From a virus (lineage: Duplodnaviria; Caudoviricetes), in IMG/VR virus record IMGVR_UViG_3300033485_000017, positions 1-54,625 of that record: a DNA stretch of 54,625 nucleotides, one strand, 5' to 3'. This document shows, piece after piece, positions 17,311-26,403 of this stretch (positions are counted from its first letter, which is position 1; the number at the start of each line of letters is the position of its first letter). Position numbers and translations under genes: made by a program. The notes under the pieces are model-generated. The model had not been told where the DNA came from and ran no database searches. It saw nothing but the letters and a program-made list of their open reading frames with translations.

Positions 17311-18567
17311 GTGCCAGACGACTTTGTCACTCTCTCGAACCGTTTGCTGAACCGCTGCCCGGCGGCTGGTATTGTCCTCTGTGAGCAGTTTGTCAATGAT
17401 GCCTGGAAGACGTTGCAGTCCCGGCGGGAGTGGAGCTGGAGGCGCCGCAGTAGCACCTTTGCCCCTCCAGACATCTACGCCACCGGTTCCGTCTCTACCA
17501 ACGTGGGCATCGGTCAGCCCACGCTCCTGACTGGCATAGGCACTGTCTGGACTCCCTCCATGATTGGCCGTCAGATCCGCGTTGGTGGCGTCCTCTACCC
17601 CTACTACACCATCACAGCCTGGCTCTCGGCGACCTCCATCCTGATCGACCAGCCATGGGCCGGGCCGGACGTGACGCTCAAGCCCTATCAGATGCTCCAG
17701 TGTTACTTCACAGTCCCCGCTGATTTCGGCTACTTCCTGGTCGTGGTTTCAGTCAAGGACGGCTACCGCCTGTGGACCAACATGACCCAGACGGACCTGG
17801 GTTTGATGGACCCGCAGCGAGTCAACACCGGGCAGACCTACGCCACCGCATTCCGGGATTACCAGCAGCAACTCAGTGGCACGGTCGGGCCTGTGATCCC
17901 TGTCTCCGCCACTGGTGCCTCCCCGGTATCCACCACATCCCTTGGCTTCTCTTACGTCGCTGATGCCACCTACATCATCCGGGTGGCCACGACCGGAGTC
18001 TCAGGGGCTGCCACGTTCTCCTGGATGCGCTCGGGCCAAACCGGTTTCACCGGCCCCATCCTCACCGACATAGCGGCGGCCGATCTGATGGATGGCGTGC
18101 AGGTCTACTGGCCGGCCGGTGGTGCTGTCTACACTGCCGGAGACCTGTTCATCATCAATGCGAGGGCCGGGTCGGTCTCTGGTTCCGTGCGCTACGAACT
18201 GTGGCCCGCGCCCACCACTTCGGCCTACCTGTACCCGTACCTGTACCTGGCACGGGAGTACGATCTGACGGTGGGCCAGCCGCAGCTTCCTTATCCTGTG
18301 GCGGCGCGCGGCGAGGTGCTGCTGGAGATGGCGCTTGCATCCTGTGCCCGCTTCCCCGGCCCGGACACGGACCACCCCAACCCATATTTCAACTTAACGC
18401 TTGCAGTGCAACACGACCGGCGGGCACTGGAATTGATTTATGATCTGGAGCGCAACGACGAAGAAACCGGCGTGTCGAACGTGAGTTACCAGGAGTACCC
18501 GTTCTACCCGGCCCCGTGGCTCGACGGGCACTGGCAACAGAGCCACTCGCCGTTTCTTAGAGGTTAG
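17311..18567 (+). CDS. Head-tail adaptor-like virion protein
   Basis: GGAGG RBS; FVNDAWKTL..RREWSW and ELWPAP motifs typical of adaptor/tubular A proteins. Confidence 0.65.
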   Translation: MPDDFVTLSNRLLNRCPAAGIVLCEQFVNDAWKTLQSRREWSWRRRSSTFAPPDIYATGSVSTNVGIGQPTLLTGIGTVWTPSMIGRQIRVGGVLYPYYTITAWLSATSILIDQPWAGPDVTLKPYQMLQCYFTVPADFGYFLVVVSVKDGYRLWTNMTQTDLGLMDPQRVNTGQTYATAFRDYQQQLSGTVGPVIPVSATGASPVSTTSLGFSYVADATYIIRVATTGVSGAATFSWMRSGQTGFTGPILTDIAAADLMDGVQVYWPAGGAVYTAGDLFIINARAGSVSGSVRYELWPAPTTSAYLYPYLYLAREYDLTVGQPQLPYPVAARGEVLLEMALASCARFPGPDTDHPNPYFNLTLAVQHDRRALELIYDLERNDEETGVSNVSYQEYPFYPAPWLDGHWQQSHSPFLRG

Positions 18568-19009
18568 TATGAGTCTCTCTTTTGGCTGCCCTACGAATAG
18601 TGCTCCGGTGAACTCCGAACAGATCGGCCAGCCGTCTGGTGACTCCGTAAGACTGGTGGCCCTTAACCAGCCGTCTTATGATCTGAATTTGTGCACAACT
18701 AAGACGTGCAGTGTTTCCTCGCATCTTGCTGGCCATGTCCTGCATGTTTCCGCTCCGCGTTGCGAGAAACAAATGGTCTGGTCGCACACAGGCCGGGTTA
18801 TCACAGTGGTGGCACACATCCATTCCGTATGGTATCGAGCCATAAGTCATGCGGTAGGAAAAACGGTGGGCGTACTCTTCCCGGCGCGGGTTCCTGAGAC
18901 GAATGACGCCGTATCCCTTGTTGTTCCGGCGAGCGGACCAGATCCAACACGAGTTGGTCTTTTGGACCTTTTCCAAAAAGCGTTCAATTGGGTTTCTAAT
19001 TGCTGGCAT
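18557..19009 (-). CDS. HNH homing endonuclease with C-terminal HTH
   Basis: CWIW, AHRFSY and VCHHCDNPACVRPDHL motifs; antisense and lower GC; own TGaTATAAT at 19023-19015. Confidence 0.9.
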   Translation of the reverse strand: MPAIRNPIERFLEKVQKTNSCWIWSARRNNKGYGVIRLRNPRREEYAHRFSYRMTYGSIPYGMDVCHHCDNPACVRPDHLFLATRSGNMQDMASKMRGNTARLSCAQIQIIRRLVKGHQSYGVTRRLADLFGVHRSTIRRAAKRETHTNL

Positions 19010-19133
19010 GTGGAATTATATCACGGTGGCAGCAGTCACGCGCCGTTCATGCGAGGTTAGGAGTTTCACAGTGCTGTCTGGACGTTTACCGAATAACCCG
19101 GTGCAATTGACGGGTAAGGAAGGAGACCGGCTA

Positions 19134-19472
19134 ATGCAATCAGTAGAGGCCATAAACGAGCGGCAAGTCGAGATGCTGGAGCGGTTGGTGGCGATTGAGA
19201 CCCTGCTGAATCAGATCTCCGACCACCTCCGCACGCTGAACGGGAAAACCGACAAGACGGTTGACCGGGTTGTGGCGCTCGAAAAGCACCCCGGATCATG
19301 TGAAGCCAGGATGGCTGTCGCGCAACTGATGGCAAGCAAACTCACCGAGGAGCGGATCGCGTCCCGGTGGGAGCAGCGCCTGAAACCCATCATGTGGATG
19401 GTGTTGATCTTCGGTATTGGCGTGATGCTGGGCCACAGCGAACTCATTCTGAAGTTGCTGGGTGCGAAGTAA
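19134..19472 (+). CDS. Coiled-coil protein with C-terminal TM helix (holin/XhlA-like)
   Basis: AAGGAG RBS before ATG 19134; LNG motif; one TM segment. Confidence 0.65.
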   Translation: MQSVEAINERQVEMLERLVAIETLLNQISDHLRTLNGKTDKTVDRVVALEKHPGSCEARMAVAQLMASKLTEERIASRWEQRLKPIMWMVLIFGIGVMLGHSELILKLLGAK

Positions 19473-19489
19473 GGAAGCAAGGAGGAACT

Positions 19490-19699
19490 GTGAACACTGC
19501 GATGTGGAAACTTTGGACTCTGTGGGCTCTCGGGGTCATCGGGGAACGTCTCAAGGATGTTACCGGTGCTGCCGAGCGGATCGAGTGGCTCAAGCATCAT
19601 GTCGGGCCGGTAGTCACCGTGAACGACCCGATAGTCGTGCTGGACGACGGGAATACGCGGGAGCCCCCGCCTCCGCCGATCCTGCCTCCGAACACGTAG
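19490..19699 (+). CDS. Small peptide with hydrophobic N-terminus and DDGNTREPPPPPILPPNT C-terminus
   Basis: AAGGAGG RBS before GTG 19490. Confidence 0.65.
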   Translation: MNTAMWKLWTLWALGVIGERLKDVTGAAERIEWLKHHVGPVVTVNDPIVVLDDGNTREPPPPPILPPNT

Positions 19700-20309
19700 C
19701 CCGCCGTAACAAGCAGAATTGGATTAGACAGAGGGAGGCCAACATCCGGAACAGAAACCGGCGGTTGGCCCAACTCTCCAGGCTTAGCGCTCCAGAACCG
19801 GTGATAGCTGCCACCGCTGCATAGAACCCAAACAGGCACCTGGACCGGTACACCCCCGGAGCGAACCTCTTAGGCTTCCACAACAAGCAGGCTGACTCGA
19901 CCAGCACAGCCACGGCTACGGCAATCCATAGCCACTCCCTCAGCACGACGAACTCCCTGTACCACCCTGGAACTCCCGGTCCCATTGCCTTAGTCAACAC
20001 CAACACCCCGTCCGGGAAGACGAGGCTCGCAGTCACAGCCCCTAAGACAGCCTTCCAACGTGCGATCCCTATTGCCGTTGCCGCCGCCATGGCCATGACC
20101 AGACACTCGACTGGTAGCCACACGTACAAGGTCCACCATTCGGACGGCCGGCCGTCCCATCCTGCCATGGTCACCGACATCGCCTGCCCTGCGGACAGCA
20201 TGACCCAGACAGAAAACGCCGGAAGGGACTTCCACAACTTGAGGCGCGTGACAGTCCACGTCGCCCAACCCCATGCCAGGCAGAACAAAATTGAGGCCAA
20301 CAGTTCCAT
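19614..20309 (-). CDS. Polytopic (~7 TM) membrane protein
   Basis: Start reassigned to ATG 20309 (MELLASILFC...), 6 nt after TATAAC; seven hydrophobic segments counted by eye. Confidence 0.75.
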   Translation of the reverse strand: MELLASILFCLAWGWATWTVTRLKLWKSLPAFSVWVMLSAGQAMSVTMAGWDGRPSEWWTLYVWLPVECLVMAMAAATAIGIARWKAVLGAVTASLVFPDGVLVLTKAMGPGVPGWYREFVVLREWLWIAVAVAVLVESACLLWKPKRFAPGVYRSRCLFGFYAAVAAITGSGALSLESWANRRFLFRMLASLCLIQFCLLRRATCSEAGSAEAGAPAYSRRPARLSGRSR

Positions 20310-20345
20310 GAATCGGTTATACTCGCATTGGGAGGACGCGACAAT

Positions 20346-20513
20346 ATGGCCTTGACCAAATCCGGCATCGAAACGCCGTCCGAGCCGCCGAAGAAACCCC
20401 TGGAAGCCCCGGTGAAGGTTTACCCTGGTAGCAGCAAGATCGGCAAGGGAGGCAGCTCTGGCACCGTCGAAGGCCCAGCCAGCGACGGCTACAAGGGCCG
20501 CGGGCGACGGTAA
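20346..20513 (+). CDS. Small basic Gly/Lys-rich protein
   Basis: TATACT at 20318-20323 and GGGAGG RBS. Confidence 0.65.
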   Translation: MALTKSGIETPSEPPKKPLEAPVKVYPGSSKIGKGGSSGTVEGPASDGYKGRGRR

Positions 20514-20528
20514 CCTGGAGCTGGGCGT

Positions 20529-21857
20529 GTGGCCTACAACCAGTACAGTCTCGACGCACTTTCCCTGAAGATTGCCTCTCTGTTTGACGACCTGTCGGAA
20601 CTGTACTGGACCCGCACGGAGAAGTATTACGCCATCTGGGAGGCGCTGCGCGTCTGGGGTGCACTCACCTCCCACTGGCGGACACGCGGCACCTTCAACC
20701 TGGACCCCACCGCCGCCACTCCCTATTACGACCTGTCTGTCATTTTCCCGCTATTGCGCAGCCGCTCCTGGACCCTCGACCGTCTTGTCCGCGACATCCA
20801 GTACATGATGCTGGAGGCCGCGGCCGGCATCTCGGGCACTGGGATGAGCGGCCAGGTCTCCATCGCCTCCATCCTTGACGCGCTCCGCCGCGCTCGCAAC
20901 CGGTTTGTCCTCGACGCCCGTCTGCCAGCGACAGTGGATTCCGTCTTCGCCAGCCCTGCCCCACCAGACGGCTTGGTCACCTATGACCAGTCCTCCATCT
21001 ACATCCATCGCACGGGATGGCAGGACTCCTATTCTGGGGTTTGGCGGACACTCTGGCGGCAGGATGCCTGGGAAAGGGACCACGGGGACCCGACTTGGAC
21101 GCTCTCTCCGGGGATGCCGAGGGCTTTTTCCGAGTCGGAATGTTCTCCTCTCAAGCTCCAACTCTGGCCCCCGCCCCTCAATCCTGGCATCTTGGAGGCC
21201 GTCGAAGTGTCCTCACTCCTGATTAATACGGCGGACCCGAACGCCACCTTCGCCATCCCCGACGAGTGGGTCCATGCAGTGAAGTACCAGGCACTGGAGG
21301 ACATGCTGTCTGCCGAGAGCCAGAACAAGGACCCGATGCGCGCCCAGTATGCCGCTCTGCGATACAAGCAGGCTGTAGACCGGGCTACCATGGTCCGCTC
21401 GATCCTGCGAGTCATGCTCAACGGCGTGCCCCTGCCGCTCGACTCCCTGGCTGCGCTCGATGCTGCCAAGCCCTACTGGCGCAATCAGGTGGGCCGCCCC
21501 TCGATGGTGGCAGTCATCGGAGACCTGCTGGTGTTTGACTGCACGCCCGATCAGGCTTACGGCATCACGGTCGATGTTGTGCAGACGGCCCCTCTCCCCG
21601 TGGCCGGGACCGACTTCCTACAGATTGGTGCCGAAGACATACCGAACATTGTGGACTATGCCACGCACCTGCTGACGTTCAAGTGTGGCGGCAAGGAATT
21701 TGAATCCACCTTCCCGCAATACGATGCCTTTCTCTCCGCGGCTGCCGACCGTGCTGGGATCAACCGGACTCAGATGAGGTATCTGGCAGCGACGATGGGA
21801 CAGCCGGAGAAGGAACAAGCCGAACGTCCTGTGTACACGGGGGCTCGCCGTGCCTGA
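20529..21857 (+). CDS. Virion structural protein (adaptor/tail tubular-like)
   Basis: LQLWPPP and IPDEWVHAVKYQAL adaptor-like motifs; position. Confidence 0.65.
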   Translation: MAYNQYSLDALSLKIASLFDDLSELYWTRTEKYYAIWEALRVWGALTSHWRTRGTFNLDPTAATPYYDLSVIFPLLRSRSWTLDRLVRDIQYMMLEAAAGISGTGMSGQVSIASILDALRRARNRFVLDARLPATVDSVFASPAPPDGLVTYDQSSIYIHRTGWQDSYSGVWRTLWRQDAWERDHGDPTWTLSPGMPRAFSESECSPLKLQLWPPPLNPGILEAVEVSSLLINTADPNATFAIPDEWVHAVKYQALEDMLSAESQNKDPMRAQYAALRYKQAVDRATMVRSILRVMLNGVPLPLDSLAALDAAKPYWRNQVGRPSMVAVIGDLLVFDCTPDQAYGITVDVVQTAPLPVAGTDFLQIGAEDIPNIVDYATHLLTFKCGGKEFESTFPQYDAFLSAAADRAGINRTQMRYLAATMGQPEKEQAERPVYTGARRA

Positions 21858-24800
21858 CATTTTGCGGATTCCATACCGGTTGGACTGTGCGGGCGGCATC
21901 GATCTGGTCTCCCCGATTGACCGCCAGCCGCCCGGCTGCTTCCCCTTCTATTCCAACATCCGCGTTGTGTCTGAGGGGAGGATTGAGGCACGGCAGGGCT
22001 ACACGCGCTACACCCCAGCTTCCATCGGTGCCGTCAACATCCATTCTTTCCGGCGCCTCAATGACGCAACCGGCTACTACGTGCCAAGCTACACCTACTT
22101 GGCTGGTGTGGGTTCCCAGTTGTGGATTGGGCCTGAGACTGCCCTAAACCTCCTGGACACGGGCTACAGCGGAAACCCACTGTCTCTGCTTCCCTTCCGT
22201 CCGGAGAACTCGCCAGTCGCCTGGATGTACGTCTACGACGTGAACAAGCAGGAGAAGGTGCGGCCGGATGGAGTTGTCCGCCCTATTGGGACCGCGCCCC
22301 CGACCGGCGCTCCGGCAACTGAATACGGCGTCCCGGCCATGGTGACCATCACGGATGGGGATGACGTGACAGGCTGGGTGGCGTGGGGTTCGGCGTCGGC
22401 TATTGGCGTTCTGGGGGATCGGACGAACGCGGCTGCTCCCTCCACTTACTCCGTCCTGTACAACAGCGGGAGTTCTGGCTGGGCTTGCATGAGGCCGAAT
22501 CCGGGTGCTGGGTCGTTCTTCTGGGCCTCGCCCCGTATGAGGATCACGCTCGATCCCGGCGGCGGCAACGAAGAGAAGGACGTTCTAGTCCGGGAGATCC
22601 ACCCGGCCATCCCGGCAACCACGATCTCGGCAATTGCCTACGACTCTGGAGCGACCGGAATGTGCTCCGTTGTTCTGGCCAATCCATCCGCCGATCTGGC
22701 CCGCAATTCGCTGCTCCTATTCGATTCGACTGAGCTGGTGCGCGTCTTGGCCGTCGTACTTTCGCCAGATGGGCTGACGTATTCGGTGCGCTGCTCAACT
22801 ACCAACACGTTCACTGCCGGGGTTGCCGTAACTGGCATGGTGTCTTGGTACATCTACACGCTCCAGGCCCACGGAAGCGGCGAGACCATTTCCCTCAATT
22901 ACGTGCCTGTCACTCAGATCGTTCAGGGGAAGGGGTATGCATCGAAACTGGTGACTGTTGATGCGTCGAAGGCCGGCGGACGCCCAGTATCCATCTCCGA
23001 CGACTACTTACACTTTTCCATCTTCCTTCAGAACCCGCAGTTTGTGACTTCGATTGAACTGAAAATCGATATAGATTCCAGTACCAGCACAGTGGGCGCG
23101 GTCGGGGATGCCTTCACGCGCAACTACTTCACCTGGACCATCACGCCTGACCAACTGAACCAGTTCGGCCCCACGGTTGGCGGCGGCGGGTCCGGGAGCG
23201 CCACACTTTCGAGCGACCAGCGAGCGGCCATCGAACAGACGATCGCCTCCCTGGAGCAGAAACTGGTGGCTGCCCAGAACGGCACTGGAGACTTCGCGGG
23301 CATCCCGGATGTGGCCCGCACCAGCGTTGTCCAGAGCATCCAAAGCCAGATCTCTTACCTACAAGGGCAGTTGAGCCAAACGCCTGCCGGAACAGGCGGC
23401 TCCGGCGCCTCGGCCACTCCGCCCTACACCATGGTGGGAGACTCCTGGACGGACATGGTTATTCCGCTGGCCTCGATGGTCCGGTCGGGGCATGACCAGA
23501 CACGCACGCTGGCCGACATCAAAGCAATCGAGGTCATGGTCGAGTCGAGTGACGCCTGTAGTTGGGGGTTCGACTGCTGGTACCTGTTCGGCACTTATGG
23601 TCCGGTAGTTCAGTCCAACTCCCCAACCGGCATCTATTACCTGTCGAGGGATCGGGACTCGACTGCCGGTTCTCCTTCCATCCCCGGTCCGCAGACACGC
23701 TACGGCTTGTTCCCCCTACGTGAAGCCATTCTTGTGACTCCGCAAACGACGGCAGCCAGTGGCGTGGACAGCTTGGACATCTACCGGCTGGGCGGCTCAT
23801 TCGATGCCTTCACTTACGTTGGCACGGTCGAAAACAATGTCGGTTCCCCCAAGTCCTTCACCGACACCCAGCCCGACACCGTCCTCTCGGCCAACGAATC
23901 CCCCGATCCGACGCTGATCCAGCCCTGGCCGGTTCTGGATCTGCCCTGGGCAGGCACGGTCAACGTCGTTGGCACATCGGTGACACAGGTTGGTGGGGAT
24001 GCCTTCAAGACTGCGCTCCTGCCCAACACGGTAATCCTGATTAACGGCACGGCCTACCAGTTGTACGGGCAGCCTTCCTCCACCACCAAGCTGGAGATCT
24101 CTGCCTCAGCCGGTGTGCAGACTGGCGTTGCATACAAGGTGGCCTCACCGATGTTGGCTGGGCAGCCAATGCCCTTCGCTTTCGGCCCACTGGAGGGTCC
24201 CTTCGCGCCGGTCATCTTCGGCCTCGGCGACCCCCTGAACGCCGGATCTCTGTATTACACGAACCCGTCCAATGCCGATGCTTGTGCCAGCGCGAATAAG
24301 ATGGAAGTCTGCTCCCCGAGCGAGCCCCTTGTCTCCGGCGCCGCTTGGAACAGCCTGGCCATTGTCGGCTCCCGTGACAACGTCTTCGTCGTGCGTTACT
24401 CATTCCTCCAGACATTGGAGACTACCGGCAATGTGATCTTTCAGTTCAGCCGCATACCGGCGGACTCCGGGATGTGGTGCCGTTGGGCCTGCTGCCGTGG
24501 CCCGGACGGCATCTATTACCTGGGGCGTGACGGGCTCTATCGGGCGACCGAACAAGGGGCCGAGAACGTCACCGATGTCAGGATCTACCCGCTGTTCCCG
24601 CACGCCGGCCAACCCGCTGCTGGAGCTAATGGCCTGCTCCCGGTGGACATGTCCAAGACGACGGAATTGCGCTTGTCTGCCGGTGACCAGAGCATCTACT
24701 TCGACTACACGGACACGGGCGGCGCGGCCCGCACCTTGCGCTACGAGGTGCCTAAGAAACGTTGGTTCCCACACACCTACGGCGACTCGATCTCGACCCA

Positions 24801-25560
24801 TTACATGGACGAGCTGCCGGCCGCCTCGGCCAGTCCGATGCAACTCCTTCTGCTCTCTCGTGCACTCGGCCTCGTGTACGTATCTGGTGGGGATACCGAC
24901 AGCGGTGTGGCAATCAGTTCGGTGCTCCAGCTTCCGACCCTGGATGGCGGGGACCAGCGCGGCCAGAAACTCTTTGTAGACCAGATGCTGGACGCGGATG
25001 GGACTGGCACATTCACGGCCCTGATTGAGTACAACAACCAGACGGTCAACGGCCCCACTCTTGCAGCCTCTTGCTCTGGTGTGCGTGCACAGTTCCTGAC
25101 AAACATCGACTCGCTTGCCGACCTGAGCCTGTACCGCAACATCTCGACCCGGTTCACCTGGACCGGCGGACCGAGCGGCCCACGGTTCTACGGGGTTGAG
25201 CCCTCGGGCTACGTACAGCCCTACCTCTCGACCTTCCTGGTGACGCAGTTCCTGAGCTTGGGGTACACGGGCTGGAAACACCACCGTCGGATCTACGCCG
25301 GGCTCATCTCCACCAGCGACGTGCTGTTCACGATCAAGACGCAGGACGGCCGCACGTTCGGACCCTACACCATCCCGTCCACGGCCGGGCAATTCCGTGT
25401 CTTCCCGCTGATTGTGGACCACGGATGCAAGGATTTGGCCTTTGCCTACCAGCTTGACGGGCAGGGCCATACGTTTGCCCTGTTTCCCGAGGCGTTCACT
25501 CTGGAAACCAAAGCGTGGTCTGAGCCCAGCTACATTCCTCTGGCTGTGCTGAAGACCTGA
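21850..25560 (+). CDS. Large tail nozzle/stabilisation protein with inserted domains
   Basis: 1236 aa; N-terminal GGIDLVSP..NIRV..GRIEARQG and C-terminal propeller-like GIYYLGRDGLY pattern. Confidence 0.7.
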   Translation: MPDILRIPYRLDCAGGIDLVSPIDRQPPGCFPFYSNIRVVSEGRIEARQGYTRYTPASIGAVNIHSFRRLNDATGYYVPSYTYLAGVGSQLWIGPETALNLLDTGYSGNPLSLLPFRPENSPVAWMYVYDVNKQEKVRPDGVVRPIGTAPPTGAPATEYGVPAMVTITDGDDVTGWVAWGSASAIGVLGDRTNAAAPSTYSVLYNSGSSGWACMRPNPGAGSFFWASPRMRITLDPGGGNEEKDVLVREIHPAIPATTISAIAYDSGATGMCSVVLANPSADLARNSLLLFDSTELVRVLAVVLSPDGLTYSVRCSTTNTFTAGVAVTGMVSWYIYTLQAHGSGETISLNYVPVTQIVQGKGYASKLVTVDASKAGGRPVSISDDYLHFSIFLQNPQFVTSIELKIDIDSSTSTVGAVGDAFTRNYFTWTITPDQLNQFGPTVGGGGSGSATLSSDQRAAIEQTIASLEQKLVAAQNGTGDFAGIPDVARTSVVQSIQSQISYLQGQLSQTPAGTGGSGASATPPYTMVGDSWTDMVIPLASMVRSGHDQTRTLADIKAIEVMVESSDACSWGFDCWYLFGTYGPVVQSNSPTGIYYLSRDRDSTAGSPSIPGPQTRYGLFPLREAILVTPQTTAASGVDSLDIYRLGGSFDAFTYVGTVENNVGSPKSFTDTQPDTVLSANESPDPTLIQPWPVLDLPWAGTVNVVGTSVTQVGGDAFKTALLPNTVILINGTAYQLYGQPSSTTKLEISASAGVQTGVAYKVASPMLAGQPMPFAFGPLEGPFAPVIFGLGDPLNAGSLYYTNPSNADACASANKMEVCSPSEPLVSGAAWNSLAIVGSRDNVFVVRYSFLQTLETTGNVIFQFSRIPADSGMWCRWACCRGPDGIYYLGRDGLYRATEQGAENVTDVRIYPLFPHAGQPAAGANGLLPVDMSKTTELRLSAGDQSIYFDYTDTGGAARTLRYEVPKKRWFPHTYGDSISTHYMDELPAASASPMQLLLLSRALGLVYVSGGDTDSGVAISSVLQLPTLDGGDQRGQKLFVDQMLDADGTGTFTALIEYNNQTVNGPTLAASCSGVRAQFLTNIDSLADLSLYRNISTRFTWTGGPSGPRFYGVEPSGYVQPYLSTFLVTQFLSLGYTGWKHHRRIYAGLISTSDVLFTIKTQDGRTFGPYTIPSTAGQFRVFPLIVDHGCKDLAFAYQLDGQGHTFALFPEAFTLETKAWSEPSYIPLAVLKT

Positions 25561-25597
25561 TACCGGACGCTTGTATGATGGAACGAGGAGGCACAAG

Positions 25598-25930
25598 ATG
25601 ATCGCTTCATATTTGGGCTTGACGGTGACGCTGACGCTGGCCAATACTGCCTACGACCTGTACGCCCTGTGCGTGGCTGTTGACCCTACCTGCCCCACCC
25701 GCTGTCGCGAGTTGACGATCCAGTCCCGTGCCGGTAACACGGCCGTCGTGGCGATCGGAGACAAGAACATCTCGGCATCGCGGCAAGGGTGTGCGCTAGA
25801 GTTTGGCTCAGGCGGGCTCACAGGGGCGAGCCGTACCTATCGAAACACGGCGTCCAATGTGCTGCTCCAAGACCGGTGGGTGTTCTCCACTTCGGCAGGG
25901 CAACAGTTGAACGTGGAGATTGACACATAA
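25598..25930 (+). CDS. Small virion protein
   Basis: GAGGAGG RBS before ATG 25598; TATGAT upstream. Confidence 0.7.
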   Translation: MIASYLGLTVTLTLANTAYDLYALCVAVDPTCPTRCRELTIQSRAGNTAVVAIGDKNISASRQGCALEFGSGGLTGASRTYRNTASNVLLQDRWVFSTSAGQQLNVEIDT

Positions 25931-25941
25931 GGAGGTACATC

Positions 25942-26403
25942 ATGCGCAAATTCTGGCCGCTAGTTATCGGCTTTGGTGTTGTCCTGTTTGCCTTCCTGCT
26001 TCCCAGCCAAGTGTTTCCTCCTCCTGGTGGCGGTGGTGGGGGTAGTGTGACTGCCTACTCCAGGGATCTGAACATTGACGCACCTTCGACGGTGGACACG
26101 AACAAGTATCAACTCACCTTTCCGGCGGCCGTCACCATTAACCGGGTGCATTGTTCGACAGACACGGGCACGGTCTCGATCAACTTGGACGTGCGTGCGA
26201 TTGCGACTCCGAATGTGGCGGGTACGGACGTGCTGAGTGCCGTGCTGGTCTGTGACAACAACACGCAGTCCGCGTGTGCGTCGGGATGTGACGTGAACAC
26301 GATCACGGCGGGTTCGGCTGGTGCGCATTTGCCAGTGAATCTGCAAGTGTCGGCGACGGCCAGCGCGCCAAACGTGGTGCGCATCCACGTGGAGGCCCAA
26401 TGA
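25942..26403 (+). CDS. Beta-sandwich protein with signal-peptide-like N-terminus and PPPGGGGGG linker
   Basis: AAGGAGG RBS; MRKFWPLVIGFGVVLFAFLLPS. Confidence 0.7.
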   Translation: MRKFWPLVIGFGVVLFAFLLPSQVFPPPGGGGGGSVTAYSRDLNIDAPSTVDTNKYQLTFPAAVTINRVHCSTDTGTVSINLDVRAIATPNVAGTDVLSAVLVCDNNTQSACASGCDVNTITAGSAGAHLPVNLQVSATASAPNVVRIHVEAQ

